The translations under genes were made by a program, and so were the position numbers. The notes under the pieces are model-generated. The model made no database searches, was not told the DNA's origin, and was given only the letters and a program-made list of their open reading frames with translations. This document shows positions 48,234 through 57,927 of a DNA stretch of 64,000 nt, piece by piece. The number at the start of each line of letters is the position of its first letter. Within the stretch, counting starts at the first letter, position 1. The DNA is from a virus, in IMG/VR virus record IMGVR_UViG_3300034062_002027; one strand, 5' to 3'.

Positions 48234-48673
48234 AGCCAAGAAGGTTTGGGGTTGTTGGTCTTCACGGCCTGAATCTGGGCCTGCATGTCCGTGGCTGCAT
48301 CGCCACCTTTCCACTGCGCATCCAACTGGTCACCCAAAGCAGGGTACTCGGCGCGGCGCTTGGCGTAGTAGTCAGGAACATCCGGGCGCACCACCTCAGA
48401 CTTGTCGATGTCCACGGTGATTGTCTCGCCCGTCATGGGGTCAAGACTCTCGCGGGTCTTGGGCGTCAGTGCAGCCCACTCAGCCTCTTTGGCGTCGATC
48501 TCGGCCCCCACGCTGGCATTCAAGCCGGAAACGAACTGCGACAGGTCTACGCCAGCAGGGACGTATCGCTGCCAGTCATAGGTCTGTCCGTTGTGCTCGA
48601 CCTTCAAAATAGCAATGGCGCGGTCTTCACCTGCCATGCCTGATTGCAAACCTTCAAGGGATACGGTGGTCAT
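48230..48673 (-). CDS. hypothetical protein
   Basis: 147 aa with an ATGA overlap with the upstream gene. Confidence 0.6.
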   Translation of the reverse strand: MTTVSLEGLQSGMAGEDRAIAILKVEHNGQTYDWQRYVPAGVDLSQFVSGLNASVGAEIDAKEAEWAALTPKTRESLDPMTGETITVDIDKSEVVRPDVPDYYAKRRAEYPALGDQLDAQWKGGDAATDMQAQIQAVKTNNPKPSWL

Positions 48674-50025
48674 TTAACTGCCTCCAATCTAAAGTTTTTA
48701 CCCGGATGCTGCCCTTCTACTGGCAGAATTTTAATGTCTTTAAAGCCGACCGCCGTACACAAGTCAGCCAGTGACTTCGGTGTGTAGCCCCACAGATGTG
48801 GAGACAAAGCGCCTTTCTCTTGCGTCTCAGGAGTAATGCGGTCTACGTGAGCGCCATAGATACACATTGCCGTCATGTGCTGATCTGCGCCGTCTTGTTC
48901 AAGGTAGTCTTTGCACAGGCCCGCAAGGTCGGGCGTTTCCATCACCAGCATACCGCCGTCTTTCAGCGTAGCCAGCCACTTCTCTAAGACTTTAGGAGCG
49001 CGATGCTGGGGGATATGCTCAATCACATGGCTGGCAAATATCTCGTCAGCGCACTGCTCTGGCAAGTCTAACTTCATGATGTCTTGCTTGATGTCCGCTG
49101 TATCGCTGTGCATATCAACACCAAGGTAGCCTTCAATACGATCACGCCCACAGCCCATGTTGAACTTAATTGGCTGACCTTCTTCTAGCAGCTTGGCAAT
49201 GACAGACTTGTAACTACCAGTACCTTCAGGCAGACGATCAGCCCAGCGACGGTCAATAAACTCCTTGTCGTCCAGCGTAAGAGGGCGGGTGGGCTTGATG
49301 TTGGTGTAGTAGTTCTTCAGGTCAACCGAAGGATGCGCGGTGTACATACCTGTCGCCAAGTCCATGTGCAGGCACTGAACGTCCGTGTTCACCAGCAGCT
49401 TGGTTCCGCGCTTGTGCAGGCGGTGGACGAAAAAGTTGTCCTCACCAATAAACGGGATGACGCCCTTGGGGCCATCAATTTGGCTGCCAATGCAGGTAAA
49501 CGGCAGGTCAGGCGCTTCGTCCTTCATCTTCTGAAGAAGACTGATCGGGATCATCATGACATCCATGCCGGTCTGCCACGCCTCAATCAGTTGGCCGGGG
49601 TCTACGTTGGGGATGGTGATCCAATCCTTGTTGCGTACCATAATCATTGCGTCTGAGCATTTGATGTAGTACACCCCAGTCACCACAGCGTCAGGGTTCT
49701 TCTCTGCTGTCTCGTGCAGCACCTTGAAGCCATCGTAAGGCAAAACGGTGTCCTCACCGATGAACAGCAGGTACTTAGCCCCGGAGGTCAATGCCTGCTC
49801 AATCAGGTAATTCCGAGCAACGTCAACCTTCTCGCCGCCGATGTGAACAAACCCGTGGGAGAACCCCATTAGGTCAATGTGGAGGCCGTCGTACCCGTCA
49901 AAGTTTTGGGCGGCGGTTTCGGCAAGGTCTCGGCGGGGTTGGGCGATCAGCACATAGGGCGCAATCGACTTGGACTCGTCGTAAATTTCCTGCATGACGT
50001 CAATGATCTTGTCGCGGTTGTACAC
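48670..50025 (-). CDS. glycosyltransferase (GT-A/GT2-like) fused to class I SAM methyltransferase
   Basis: 451 aa. The N-terminal half has LLFIGEDTV (DxD-like) and FIGEDNFF. The C-terminal half has FNMGCGRDRIEGYLGVD (motif I) and LKDGGMLVMETP. Confidence 0.7.
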   Translation of the reverse strand: MYNRDKIIDVMQEIYDESKSIAPYVLIAQPRRDLAETAAQNFDGYDGLHIDLMGFSHGFVHIGGEKVDVARNYLIEQALTSGAKYLLFIGEDTVLPYDGFKVLHETAEKNPDAVVTGVYYIKCSDAMIMVRNKDWITIPNVDPGQLIEAWQTGMDVMMIPISLLQKMKDEAPDLPFTCIGSQIDGPKGVIPFIGEDNFFVHRLHKRGTKLLVNTDVQCLHMDLATGMYTAHPSVDLKNYYTNIKPTRPLTLDDKEFIDRRWADRLPEGTGSYKSVIAKLLEEGQPIKFNMGCGRDRIEGYLGVDMHSDTADIKQDIMKLDLPEQCADEIFASHVIEHIPQHRAPKVLEKWLATLKDGGMLVMETPDLAGLCKDYLEQDGADQHMTAMCIYGAHVDRITPETQEKGALSPHLWGYTPKSLADLCTAVGFKDIKILPVEGQHPGKNFRLEAVK

Positions 50026-50043
50026 GGGCTCTCCTTGCTGCGG

Positions 50044-51420
50044 TTAAAATTTATTGAAAAACGGACTTAAAGCATAACCTACTTTTTGCTGTACGTTGGT
50101 GGAGATTGTTTGGCCGACTACACCGTTTCGCGGAACAAAATGTATATCGCCATTAGGCGCAAGGACGCCGCCAGCGTATGCGTCTAATATCGTGTAAACC
50201 AATGAATAAGTTGAGACTACTCCAGCAGCAGATATTTTCTGACCTCGGTTGGCGTTATAAGAAACAAAATGTATATCACCGTTGGGAGCAAGGACACCGC
50301 CAGCGTATGCCTCACTTCTTGTGTACACTAGCGAGTAGGTAGAGACTACACCCGCTGCTGATATTTTTTGGCCTCTGTTTGCGCTTTGCGGAACAAAATG
50401 AATATCACCATTTGGGGCTAGGACGCCGCCTTCGTATGCGTTTGATGCCGTGTACACTAGAGAGTAAGTTGAGACTACTCCAGCAGCAGATATTTTCTGA
50501 CCTACTACTGCGTCAAGTGGAACAAAATGTATGTCTCCATTTGGGGCTAAAACTCCACCTGCGTATGCTCCGCTTGCTGTGTAAACCAAGCTATACGTTG
50601 AAACAACTCCCGCTGCGGATATTTTTTGACCTACTGCTGCGCCATTAGGAACAAAATGTGTATCTCCGTTGGGAGCAAGGACGCCGCCTTGGTATGCTCC
50701 GTTTGCTGTGTAAACAAGTGAATAAGTTGAAACAACACCGGATGCAGAAATCTTCTGTCCTCGTCTGCCGCTAAGAGGCACGAAGTGAATATCTCCGTTG
50801 GGGGCGAGGACACCTCCGCTGTATGCAACTGATGTTGTGTAGACCAGTGAATAGGTTGATACAACTCCAGCAGCAGATATCTTCTGCCCTCTGTTGGCTG
50901 AATAAGGTACGAAGTGTATATCCCCATTAGGGGCTAAGACACCGCCAACGTATGCGCTTGCTGTTGTGTACACCAGTGAATACGTACTGACAATCCCACC
51001 CACACCATTGTTGTTGAACGGCACACCATTGACCACCCCGGCGTCAAGGTACTTCTTCAGGTTTGTCCACTCCACCAGATTGGTGCCGACCGATGAGTTG
51101 TCCGCTGTGGGCACTGTGCCCTGAGTAGCATCAGCCGGGTAGGTGGTGATAACGTCTTTATCGCCTGCGCTCCAGTTTACGGCAGCGTTGCTGTTGCTTG
51201 ATTCAAGGATCGTGGTGCGTGCCAGCGTTGTGCCAGAGGCGGTGTATGTGCCAATGCCGATTTCCCAGTCCGTACCGTCAGTCACGCTGTAGTACGTGGT
51301 GTTCCCATCCCCAACCACGGAGAAGTCTTGGAACCCATCAGCGGCTGTTCCCAGCGTGTACGTGCCAGTGCCCGTTGTGGTCGTTGTTGTCTTGACCCGG
51401 TCGTTCAGAACCAATGCCAT
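50044..51420 (-). CDS. tail fibre paralogue 1 with 7 x 43-aa propeller-like repeats
   Basis: 458 aa. The N-terminus is [24 protein letters not shown]. Seven units follow of the form [43 protein letters not shown]. It ends in FFNKF. Confidence 0.75.
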   Translation of the reverse strand: MALVLNDRVKTTTTTTGTGTYTLGTAADGFQDFSVVGDGNTTYYSVTDGTDWEIGIGTYTASGTTLARTTILESSNSNAAVNWSAGDKDVITTYPADATQGTVPTADNSSVGTNLVEWTNLKKYLDAGVVNGVPFNNNGVGGIVSTYSLVYTTASAYVGGVLAPNGDIHFVPYSANRGQKISAAGVVSTYSLVYTTSVAYSGGVLAPNGDIHFVPLSGRRGQKISASGVVSTYSLVYTANGAYQGGVLAPNGDTHFVPNGAAVGQKISAAGVVSTYSLVYTASGAYAGGVLAPNGDIHFVPLDAVVGQKISAAGVVSTYSLVYTASNAYEGGVLAPNGDIHFVPQSANRGQKISAAGVVSTYSLVYTRSEAYAGGVLAPNGDIHFVSYNANRGQKISAAGVVSTYSLVYTILDAYAGGVLAPNGDIHFVPRNGVVGQTISTNVQQKVGYALSPFFNKF

Positions 51421-51429
51421 GGTGCGTCC

Positions 51430-52818
51430 TTAAAACTTGTTCAGATAGCTGCTCAGGCAGACATCGGATGGGAAGGGGATGGCGGGGCAGGTAGAGATTT
51501 TTTGACCTAAAGCGGCACTATGGGGGATAAAATAAATATCTCCATTAGGTGAGAGAATGCCGCCAATATAAGAACTTCCTGTTGTATAAACTAAAGAATA
51601 GGTTGAAACTACTCCTGCTGCTGATACTTTCTGGCCTCTTGCGGCGCTGAGTGGAACAAAATGAATATCTCCATTAGGGGCCAATAAGCCTCCTTGATAT
51701 GCGTTTCCAGCCGAATAAATTAATGAGTACGTAGAAACCACACCTGCCACTGATACTTTTTGCCCAATAAGATTATCTGTACTTGGAATAAAATGAATAT
51801 CCCCGTTGGGGGCTAGAACGCCACCAGTATAAGCACTAGATGCTGTATAAATTAACGAATAAGTTGAAACAACCCCCGCTGCTGATATTTTTTGACCAAC
51901 TTCTGCGCTTTTTGGAACAAAATGAATATCTCCATTGGGTGCTAAGACTCCGCCTTTATAAGCGCCGTTTATTGTATAAACTAAACTATAAGTAGAAACT
52001 ACGCCTACTGCCGATACTTTCTGCCCTTTATTTGCATCTTCTGGAATAAAATGTATATCCCCGTTAGGCGCAAGTACGCCGCCAGCATAGGCGCTTCCCG
52101 CTGTATAAACAAGGGAGTATGTAGAAACAACGCCAGATGAATTTACTTTTTGACCTCCGACGGCAAAAGCAGGTACAAAATGAATATCGCCATTTGCGGC
52201 CAATACACCACCTTTATAAGCATTTGCTCTTGTGTAAACAAGTGAGTATGTAGAAACAACTCCAGTTAAAGTGTTTATTTTCTGACCTATGTTGGCAGAT
52301 AGAGGAACAAAATATATATCGCCGTTAGGTGCGAGTACGCCTCCTGTATATGCTCCAGTTGTTGTATAAATCAAAGAATACGTACTAACAATCCCCGCTG
52401 TATCATTGTTATTAAACGCCACACCGCCGTTCACGCTGAGCTGGAGCTTCTTCTGGAAGTTCTGGAACGCAACGCCGTCCGTGCCAATGCTGCTGTTGTC
52501 TGCTGTAGCGTTTGCCAAGCCCGACGTTTCCGCAGGCAGGGGAATAAATACCGTCTTGTCACCAGCACCCCAGTTGACCAACGCACCGCTGTTGCTAGAT
52601 GCAAACACCTGTTGACGGCTCAGGGTCGTGCCCGATACCGTGTAAGTGCCGATCCCAACTTCCCAGTCAATATTGTTTGTAATGGTGTAGTAGGTTTGGT
52701 TGCCGTCGCCGACGTTGGTGAAGTCTTGGTAGCCAACAGAGGCCGCTCCAAGCGTAAGCGTGCCAGTCCCTGTGGTGGTCGTGGTGACCTGAACGCGATC
52801 TTTGAGTAAGAATGTCAT
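51430..52818 (-). CDS. tail fibre paralogue 2 (7 repeats)
   Basis: I chose the ATG at 52818 ([24 protein letters not shown]). 462 aa, with the same repeat architecture. It is the most AT-rich of the three copies and ends in YLNKF. Confidence 0.75.
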   Translation of the reverse strand: MTFLLKDRVQVTTTTTGTGTLTLGAASVGYQDFTNVGDGNQTYYTITNNIDWEVGIGTYTVSGTTLSRQQVFASSNSGALVNWGAGDKTVFIPLPAETSGLANATADNSSIGTDGVAFQNFQKKLQLSVNGGVAFNNNDTAGIVSTYSLIYTTTGAYTGGVLAPNGDIYFVPLSANIGQKINTLTGVVSTYSLVYTRANAYKGGVLAANGDIHFVPAFAVGGQKVNSSGVVSTYSLVYTAGSAYAGGVLAPNGDIHFIPEDANKGQKVSAVGVVSTYSLVYTINGAYKGGVLAPNGDIHFVPKSAEVGQKISAAGVVSTYSLIYTASSAYTGGVLAPNGDIHFIPSTDNLIGQKVSVAGVVSTYSLIYSAGNAYQGGLLAPNGDIHFVPLSAARGQKVSAAGVVSTYSLVYTTGSSYIGGILSPNGDIYFIPHSAALGQKISTCPAIPFPSDVCLSSYLNKF

Positions 52819-52820
52819 GG

Positions 52821-54206
52821 TCAGAACTTGTTCAAAAATGAGCTGAGGCACACGCCCAAGCCCAAAGGTTGACCGGGATTTGTGGAGATTGTTTGGCCCC
52901 TATTGGCAACGTCTGGAACAAAGTGTATATCACCGTTGGGAGCAAGAACACCTCCAGCGTATGTGCTTGTTGCTGTGTAGACGAGAGAGTATGTACTTAC
53001 AACCCCAGAGGCAGATATTTTCTGGCCTACGTTGGCACTAGCCGAAACAAAATGTATGTCTCCATTTGGGGCTAGGACGCCGCCTTGGTATGCGGATGTT
53101 GTTGTATAAACTAAAGAGTAGGTTGATACAACCCCAGATGGAGATATTTTTTGACCTTGGTTGGCGCTATAAGGCACAAAGTATATATCTCCGTTAGGAG
53201 CAAGCACGCCACCTTCGTATGCGGATGTTGTTGTATAAACTAAAGAGTAGGTTGATACAACACCTGTAGCTGAAATCTTTTGTCCAACAGCAGCATTTCT
53301 CGGGACAAAATGAATGTCTCCGTTGGGGGCGAGAACCCCACCAGCGTATGCGGCTGATTCTGTATAAACAAGAGAATACGTTGAAACAACACCCGCAACA
53401 GATATTTTCTGTCCTCGGTTGGCATTATACGGAACGAAATGAATATCACCGCTAGGTGCAAGGACGCCGCCTTGGTATGCGGTTGTTGTGGTGTAGACAA
53501 GCGAATACGTACTCACAACTCCAGAGGCAGAGATTTTCTGGCCTCTGTTTGCGCCTGAAGGAATAAAATGAATATCTCCGTTAGGGGCAAGCACCCCGCC
53601 TTGGTATGCGCCTGTTGATGTATAAACCAATGAATAAGTAGAAACTACTCCAGCAGCGGATATCTTCTGGCCTCTGTTGGCGCTACGAGGCACAAAGTAA
53701 ATATCCCCATTAGGGGCAAGTACGCCGCCAACGTATGCGCCCCCAGCATTTGTATAAACCAAACTGTAAGTGCTGACGATTCCGTTCGTGCCGTTGTTGT
53801 TGAACGTCTGCCCACCTACAACACCTTGGTTTAGCGCAGCCTGCAAAGCTGACCAGCCTGCCAGATCGGCGCCAATGTCCGAGTCGTCGCAAAAAGGAAT
53901 GCCCGGTTGAGTGACCGCCGAGGGTTGAGCGCACAGCACGTCCTTGGTTCCAGCACCCCAGTTCACCAGAGCGTTGGAGTTGGATGAGGCGTAGACCTGA
54001 TCTCGGCTCAAGGTGGTTCCTGACGCTGTGTACGTCCCCAGACCTGTTTCCCAGTTGATTTGGTCTGTGATCAGGTAGTACGTGGTGTTGGCGTCGCCAA
54101 TGGCGGAGAAAGCCTGATACCCAGTTGCAGCAGCGCCGAGCGTGAGTGTCCCCGTACCAGTCGTCGTGGTTGTGGACTTGACGCGGTTTTTGAGGACGAG
54201 AGCCAT
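52821..54206 (-). CDS. tail fibre paralogue 3 (7 repeats)
   Basis: I chose the ATG at 54206 ([24 protein letters not shown]), which overlaps the upstream stop by 1 nt. 461 aa, ending in FLNKF. Confidence 0.75.
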   Translation of the reverse strand: MALVLKNRVKSTTTTTGTGTLTLGAAATGYQAFSAIGDANTTYYLITDQINWETGLGTYTASGTTLSRDQVYASSNSNALVNWGAGTKDVLCAQPSAVTQPGIPFCDDSDIGADLAGWSALQAALNQGVVGGQTFNNNGTNGIVSTYSLVYTNAGGAYVGGVLAPNGDIYFVPRSANRGQKISAAGVVSTYSLVYTSTGAYQGGVLAPNGDIHFIPSGANRGQKISASGVVSTYSLVYTTTTAYQGGVLAPSGDIHFVPYNANRGQKISVAGVVSTYSLVYTESAAYAGGVLAPNGDIHFVPRNAAVGQKISATGVVSTYSLVYTTTSAYEGGVLAPNGDIYFVPYSANQGQKISPSGVVSTYSLVYTTTSAYQGGVLAPNGDIHFVSASANVGQKISASGVVSTYSLVYTATSTYAGGVLAPNGDIHFVPDVANRGQTISTNPGQPLGLGVCLSSFLNKF

Positions 54207-55243
54207 TACGAGACGTTTCCAGTGATGACACAAACTGTGCCAGAAATGAACAAGATGTTGCACACGCCACGAGTAGACAGCGTAACAGATGCCACATCAG
54301 TGTCTGTCCCGGCAATGTAGGCTGTGGTGATCGTGCAAGTAACCGTGATGTCACCAGTGGTGTTGTTGAACACCAGCACCGCATCACCAGCCGCAAAGGT
54401 TGCGTCAGGGATTGTGATTGAGCCACCAGTGCCCACGCCAACCACCTCACCAACATCGCCAACAGCCAACGAGTAAGAAGTGGTCTTGTCTGTCACATAT
54501 GGGATGTTCTTGTAGCCGACCAGATTGGTGCCATCAACAGTTGTTGAACTGGCCGACCCCACCTTGATTAGTTTCCCGGTCGTGCCATCAAACGCTACAA
54601 GGACGTTGTTCGTGGCGGATGCCGGTCCCACCACGTCGCCCGCCCCTACCCCAGTTGCAGCAATCGTAATAGACCCATCGCCATTGGTAATCGCAATATT
54701 AGCGCCTTGAGTCAAAGTGGCTTTTGTCAATCCGCCCGCTGCGTTACCAATCAATAGTTGGCCGCTAGTGTAGGTAGACTCGCCTGTTCCACCATTAGCT
54801 TCAGGTAATACGCCACTTACGTCCGAAGTAAGCACCACTGGGTTGCTGACGATTTTGACGAAATCAGAGCCGTTCCACGCCACCAGCGCCCGTGCGCCTG
54901 CGGGAAGCGTTACCCCAGTCGTTGGGCCTGCACCACGGATGACGATAGAGCCTGTACCCGCGTTGATCACGATGTAGGGCTTGCTCTGAGCAGGCGCTGT
55001 AATGTTGCGTGTCGTGGCTCCGTTACTGGCTGTCCAACGAATAATCGCCTGACGGGCTTGGTTGGCCGCAAGGACTGTGGTGGTCAGCGTAACGTCTGCG
55101 TCCGCGCTCAGGGTAGTTGTACCCGCAACGGCGGAGTCCACCAGCGAGGTGATCGAGTCGTTGACAACGTCGCCCCATGTGCCGTCAAGTTCGCCTTCAA
55201 CCGGCAGTGCCAGTCCAAGCAGCGTGGTATTTCCTGTTGTCAT
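54206..55243 (-). CDS. tail fibre/spike protein
   Basis: 345 aa. The N-terminus LLGLALPVEGELDGTWGDVVNDSITSLVDSAVAG is a common phage fibre N-terminus. The rest is T/G/A/V-rich. Confidence 0.65.
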   Translation of the reverse strand: MTTGNTTLLGLALPVEGELDGTWGDVVNDSITSLVDSAVAGTTTLSADADVTLTTTVLAANQARQAIIRWTASNGATTRNITAPAQSKPYIVINAGTGSIVIRGAGPTTGVTLPAGARALVAWNGSDFVKIVSNPVVLTSDVSGVLPEANGGTGESTYTSGQLLIGNAAGGLTKATLTQGANIAITNGDGSITIAATGVGAGDVVGPASATNNVLVAFDGTTGKLIKVGSASSTTVDGTNLVGYKNIPYVTDKTTSYSLAVGDVGEVVGVGTGGSITIPDATFAAGDAVLVFNNTTGDITVTCTITTAYIAGTDTDVASVTLSTRGVCNILFISGTVCVITGNVS

Positions 55244-55252
55244 TTACGACTC

Positions 55253-56002
55253 CTAAGTAACAACATCAACCCATGATGTTGACTGTGTATTGGTGATATT
55301 TTGCCAGTTGGCGTTTTGAATGTCATCCACTGGCTCCCAGAACCTTCTGCCTGATTGCGTTTCGGTGATTGCCGCCGTCTCTGACCGACTCACGTTGTAC
55401 GCCGTAATTGCAAATTCCTGTGCTGTCAGCGCCGCCAACTCGTTGATTGAGGCAACAAACGCGACAGCCGCTTCTTGTGTGGCCGTTGCCTCTGTGGTCT
55501 CATCAACCGATACCAAAAACTCAGCCGCGCCCTCTTCCGCAGAAGTAATTCCCACGGACTCGTCAACCGACTCATTGAAAGCGGAGCCAACAATTTGATT
55601 GTCAGTAACCCCAGCGCTCTCATTTACCGATAGGGCAAACGTGGCTGCAATAATTTGATCTTCTGCAATCGCCACACTTTCGGAAACTGCAAAAGCAAAT
55701 GTGGCTGCAACCGCTTGGGATTCAGCAAGGCCCGAAGTTTCCGACACAGAGACTGTATACGCCACTACGGCAGTTTGGTCTTCTGCAATACCCGCACTCT
55801 CCGCAACAACAGCCGAAAACCCCACGGCAACAGACTGATCTTCTGTAGCTGCAACGCTCTCAGCAACTGACAGCGCAAATGTAGCAACAACTGTCTGAAC
55901 TTCTGTGATTGAGACGGACTCAGATACGCTGTCGCTGAAAGCAGTAATACCGCCCCAGCCACCAGCGCCCCAAGTTCCTATGCCCCAAGCACGTCCGGCC
56001 AT
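55253..56002 (-). CDS. fibrous protein with ~10 x 19-20-aa acidic repeats
   Basis: 249 aa. The N-terminus is MAGRAWGIGTWGAGGWGG. Repeats of the form F-x-x-S-V-x-E-S-x-x-I-x-E-D-Q-x-x-x-A follow. Confidence 0.6.
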   Translation of the reverse strand: MAGRAWGIGTWGAGGWGGITAFSDSVSESVSITEVQTVVATFALSVAESVAATEDQSVAVGFSAVVAESAGIAEDQTAVVAYTVSVSETSGLAESQAVAATFAFAVSESVAIAEDQIIAATFALSVNESAGVTDNQIVGSAFNESVDESVGITSAEEGAAEFLVSVDETTEATATQEAAVAFVASINELAALTAQEFAITAYNVSRSETAAITETQSGRRFWEPVDDIQNANWQNITNTQSTSWVDVVT

Positions 56003-56004
56003 GA

Positions 56005-56568
56005 TTAGGTCAGAGTTGCAGAGTAGCTGACAGCAATTGAGTCACCGTTTACAACGGCCTTCGAGCTGGAAAAATCGCCAGCCGAAAACAATGTGCCCGT
56101 GGTGTTGTCAATTGTTGCGCTGCCACCAATGTTGATGAAGCAGCCAGCCACCGTGCCTGTCGATGTGATCGAGAAGGTGGAAGCCGAAGATGTGGCCTTG
56201 CTACCAGCAGCGGCAGCGCTAAACGATGGAGTCTTGCGGTTGCCAGAGTATGTGGGGGCGTTAGCCAGACCCACTTCCAGCCAGCTTGCGTGCGAGGCTT
56301 GGGTGTCCGCTACGTCGGCAGTGCCAACGCCTTTCAAGCCCATCACCACAGCGCCAGCAGCAGAGTTGCCAAGGATGGTGTCCAGCGTCAGATTCTTGCC
56401 CACGGTTGTCACCAAGTTCTTGATGTCGTCTTCCCACTTGACGTTACCCTGCGCGTCGTAGCAGACAGCGTGGTACGAGCCTTGAATGCTCATCTGGTCA
56501 GCGGGTTTTGTGTTGTAGCTGCAAGCAGCCTCCACCTTGTCAGTGGCATTGATGCGGTCTGTGGTCAT
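56005..56568 (-). CDS. virion structural protein
   Basis: 187 aa with S/T/A/G-rich beta-type composition. It appears related in pattern to the next gene. Confidence 0.5.
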   Translation of the reverse strand: MTTDRINATDKVEAACSYNTKPADQMSIQGSYHAVCYDAQGNVKWEDDIKNLVTTVGKNLTLDTILGNSAAGAVVMGLKGVGTADVADTQASHASWLEVGLANAPTYSGNRKTPSFSAAAAGSKATSSASTFSITSTGTVAGCFINIGGSATIDNTTGTLFSAGDFSSSKAVVNGDSIAVSYSATLT

Positions 56569-56577
56569 GGTGACTCC

Positions 56578-56991
56578 TTAAATTGAACTGCGAATGAGTG
56601 CCGTCGTTGCAGTGTTTTGCGGCATGGTGATGGTGAAGCTGGCCGATGTCTTGTCCGAACCAAAGTCCAGCACGGCGATAGACCGGTTGGCCTTGCTTGC
56701 GTTGTAGATCAAAGCGCAGCGTGCAGTTACCGAAGCCCCAAACGCCACGTTGTTGAAGTTGACGTAGGCCGTGTAGCCGGAGGAGCTGATAGTCACGCCG
56801 GTCAAGGTTACGCCGCCAGCCACATAGCCTGTACCCGTTACTTCGTTGGAAGCTGAATACGCAGTGGTGTCCTCGTTGAGGTTTGCATTGGCCGTGTACA
56901 GCGCAATACGCAGAGTGTCCGTGAGCAGATTGTGAATGCCCTCGTACAACTCCGCCTTGAAGCTGGTGGTCTGTGTCTGAACGATGCTCAT
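56578..56991 (-). CDS. virion structural protein
   Basis: 137 aa, containing LRIALYTANANLNEDTTAYS...GTGYVAGGVTL. Confidence 0.5.
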   Translation of the reverse strand: MSIVQTQTTSFKAELYEGIHNLLTDTLRIALYTANANLNEDTTAYSASNEVTGTGYVAGGVTLTGVTISSSGYTAYVNFNNVAFGASVTARCALIYNASKANRSIAVLDFGSDKTSASFTITMPQNTATTALIRSSI

Positions 56992-57647
56992 TGGACCGCC
57001 GTTCTAACTTGGCCGTTGCGGTACGCGTCACCGCGCTGCTTGCCGTCTGCCAAGTTCTTGTACAGGGCAACTGCCTGAACGTACCGTTCTTGGTACAGCT
57101 TGACCATGTCGGGCTCACCCTTCATGTAGGTCAGCGCCTCGTTCATGGTGCCGTACAAAAGAACAGAGTCAAAGTTGTCGCCCAGCCAAGTGCGGCCATC
57201 AGCAGCGTCCACAATCGACTCAGGGTAGGCGTAGTAGTGCAGCTCAGCGTTGTAAGCGGCATCAGGTGTCGGGCCGAGGATCAACGTCAGCTCGTCTTCA
57301 TTGTCCGAGCGAGGACCGAAGATGGCGTAGTGCTTGGGCTTACCTGTGGTAGCCGGATTGGGGTACGCCTGCCGGATGAAGTTCACATCCTTGTCCAGCA
57401 GATATTCATACGAGCCGCCAGCAGCAGGGTAGATCGCCAAGCTGAACACGGACAAGAAGTCCACCGGGCACTGAAGGTACTTGTTCCCCGCCGTCAACGA
57501 TCCAGTCACGTTCTTGCGCTGGTTGGCAGGCTGAGCGACGTTGAAGATGCGCTGCTCCGCTTGCCGGATGAACGTGTCCATGTCTACCGTCGAGAACACG
57601 TTCTCACAGTAGTTGGAAACAGCGGTGACCAGTTCGTTGTACGTCAT
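56988..57647 (-). CDS. putative head-tail adaptor/neck protein
   Basis: 219 aa. The call rests on position and the N-terminal pattern YNELVTAVSNYCEN...FIRQAEQRI, typical of connector proteins. Confidence 0.45.
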   Translation of the reverse strand: MTYNELVTAVSNYCENVFSTVDMDTFIRQAEQRIFNVAQPANQRKNVTGSLTAGNKYLQCPVDFLSVFSLAIYPAAGGSYEYLLDKDVNFIRQAYPNPATTGKPKHYAIFGPRSDNEDELTLILGPTPDAAYNAELHYYAYPESIVDAADGRTWLGDNFDSVLLYGTMNEALTYMKGEPDMVKLYQERYVQAVALYKNLADGKQRGDAYRNGQVRTAVQ

Positions 57648-57650
57648 TTT

Positions 57651-57917
57651 TTACGCCATCGGGCCTCGGGCCATGATGCCTTTGGTAGCAGCGCCAGTGC
57701 CACGGATTTTGATGCCGCTGGTCTTGGTGCCCATGCCGTCAGGCTTGTTGCTGATGCCGCCCACGCTCATATTTACCGTGTCGGCATTGCTGCGGTTTGG
57801 CTCTTTACCGGGGCTGCTGGATGCTTTGACAACCTTGCCCTTCATGGTGTGAGGTTCTGCGTAGACGCTGGCTTGACCAACTTCTTTACCCATCATTTTG
57901 TGACTGAATTTAGCCAT
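57651..57917 (-). CDS. small basic virion protein
   Basis: I chose the ATG at 57917 (AAGGAAA SD). 88 aa, K/G/S-rich. Confidence 0.5.
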   Translation of the reverse strand: MAKFSHKMMGKEVGQASVYAEPHTMKGKVVKASSSPGKEPNRSNADTVNMSVGGISNKPDGMGTKTSGIKIRGTGAATKGIMARGPMA

Positions 57918-57927
57918 GTCGTTTCCT

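Noticed and set aside
50044-54206. Diversity-generating retroelement or CRISPR-like origin of the repeated fibre sequences
   Set aside because: No reverse transcriptase or template repeat is present, and there are no direct repeats with unique spacers. The repeats are in-frame 129-nt protein repeats.
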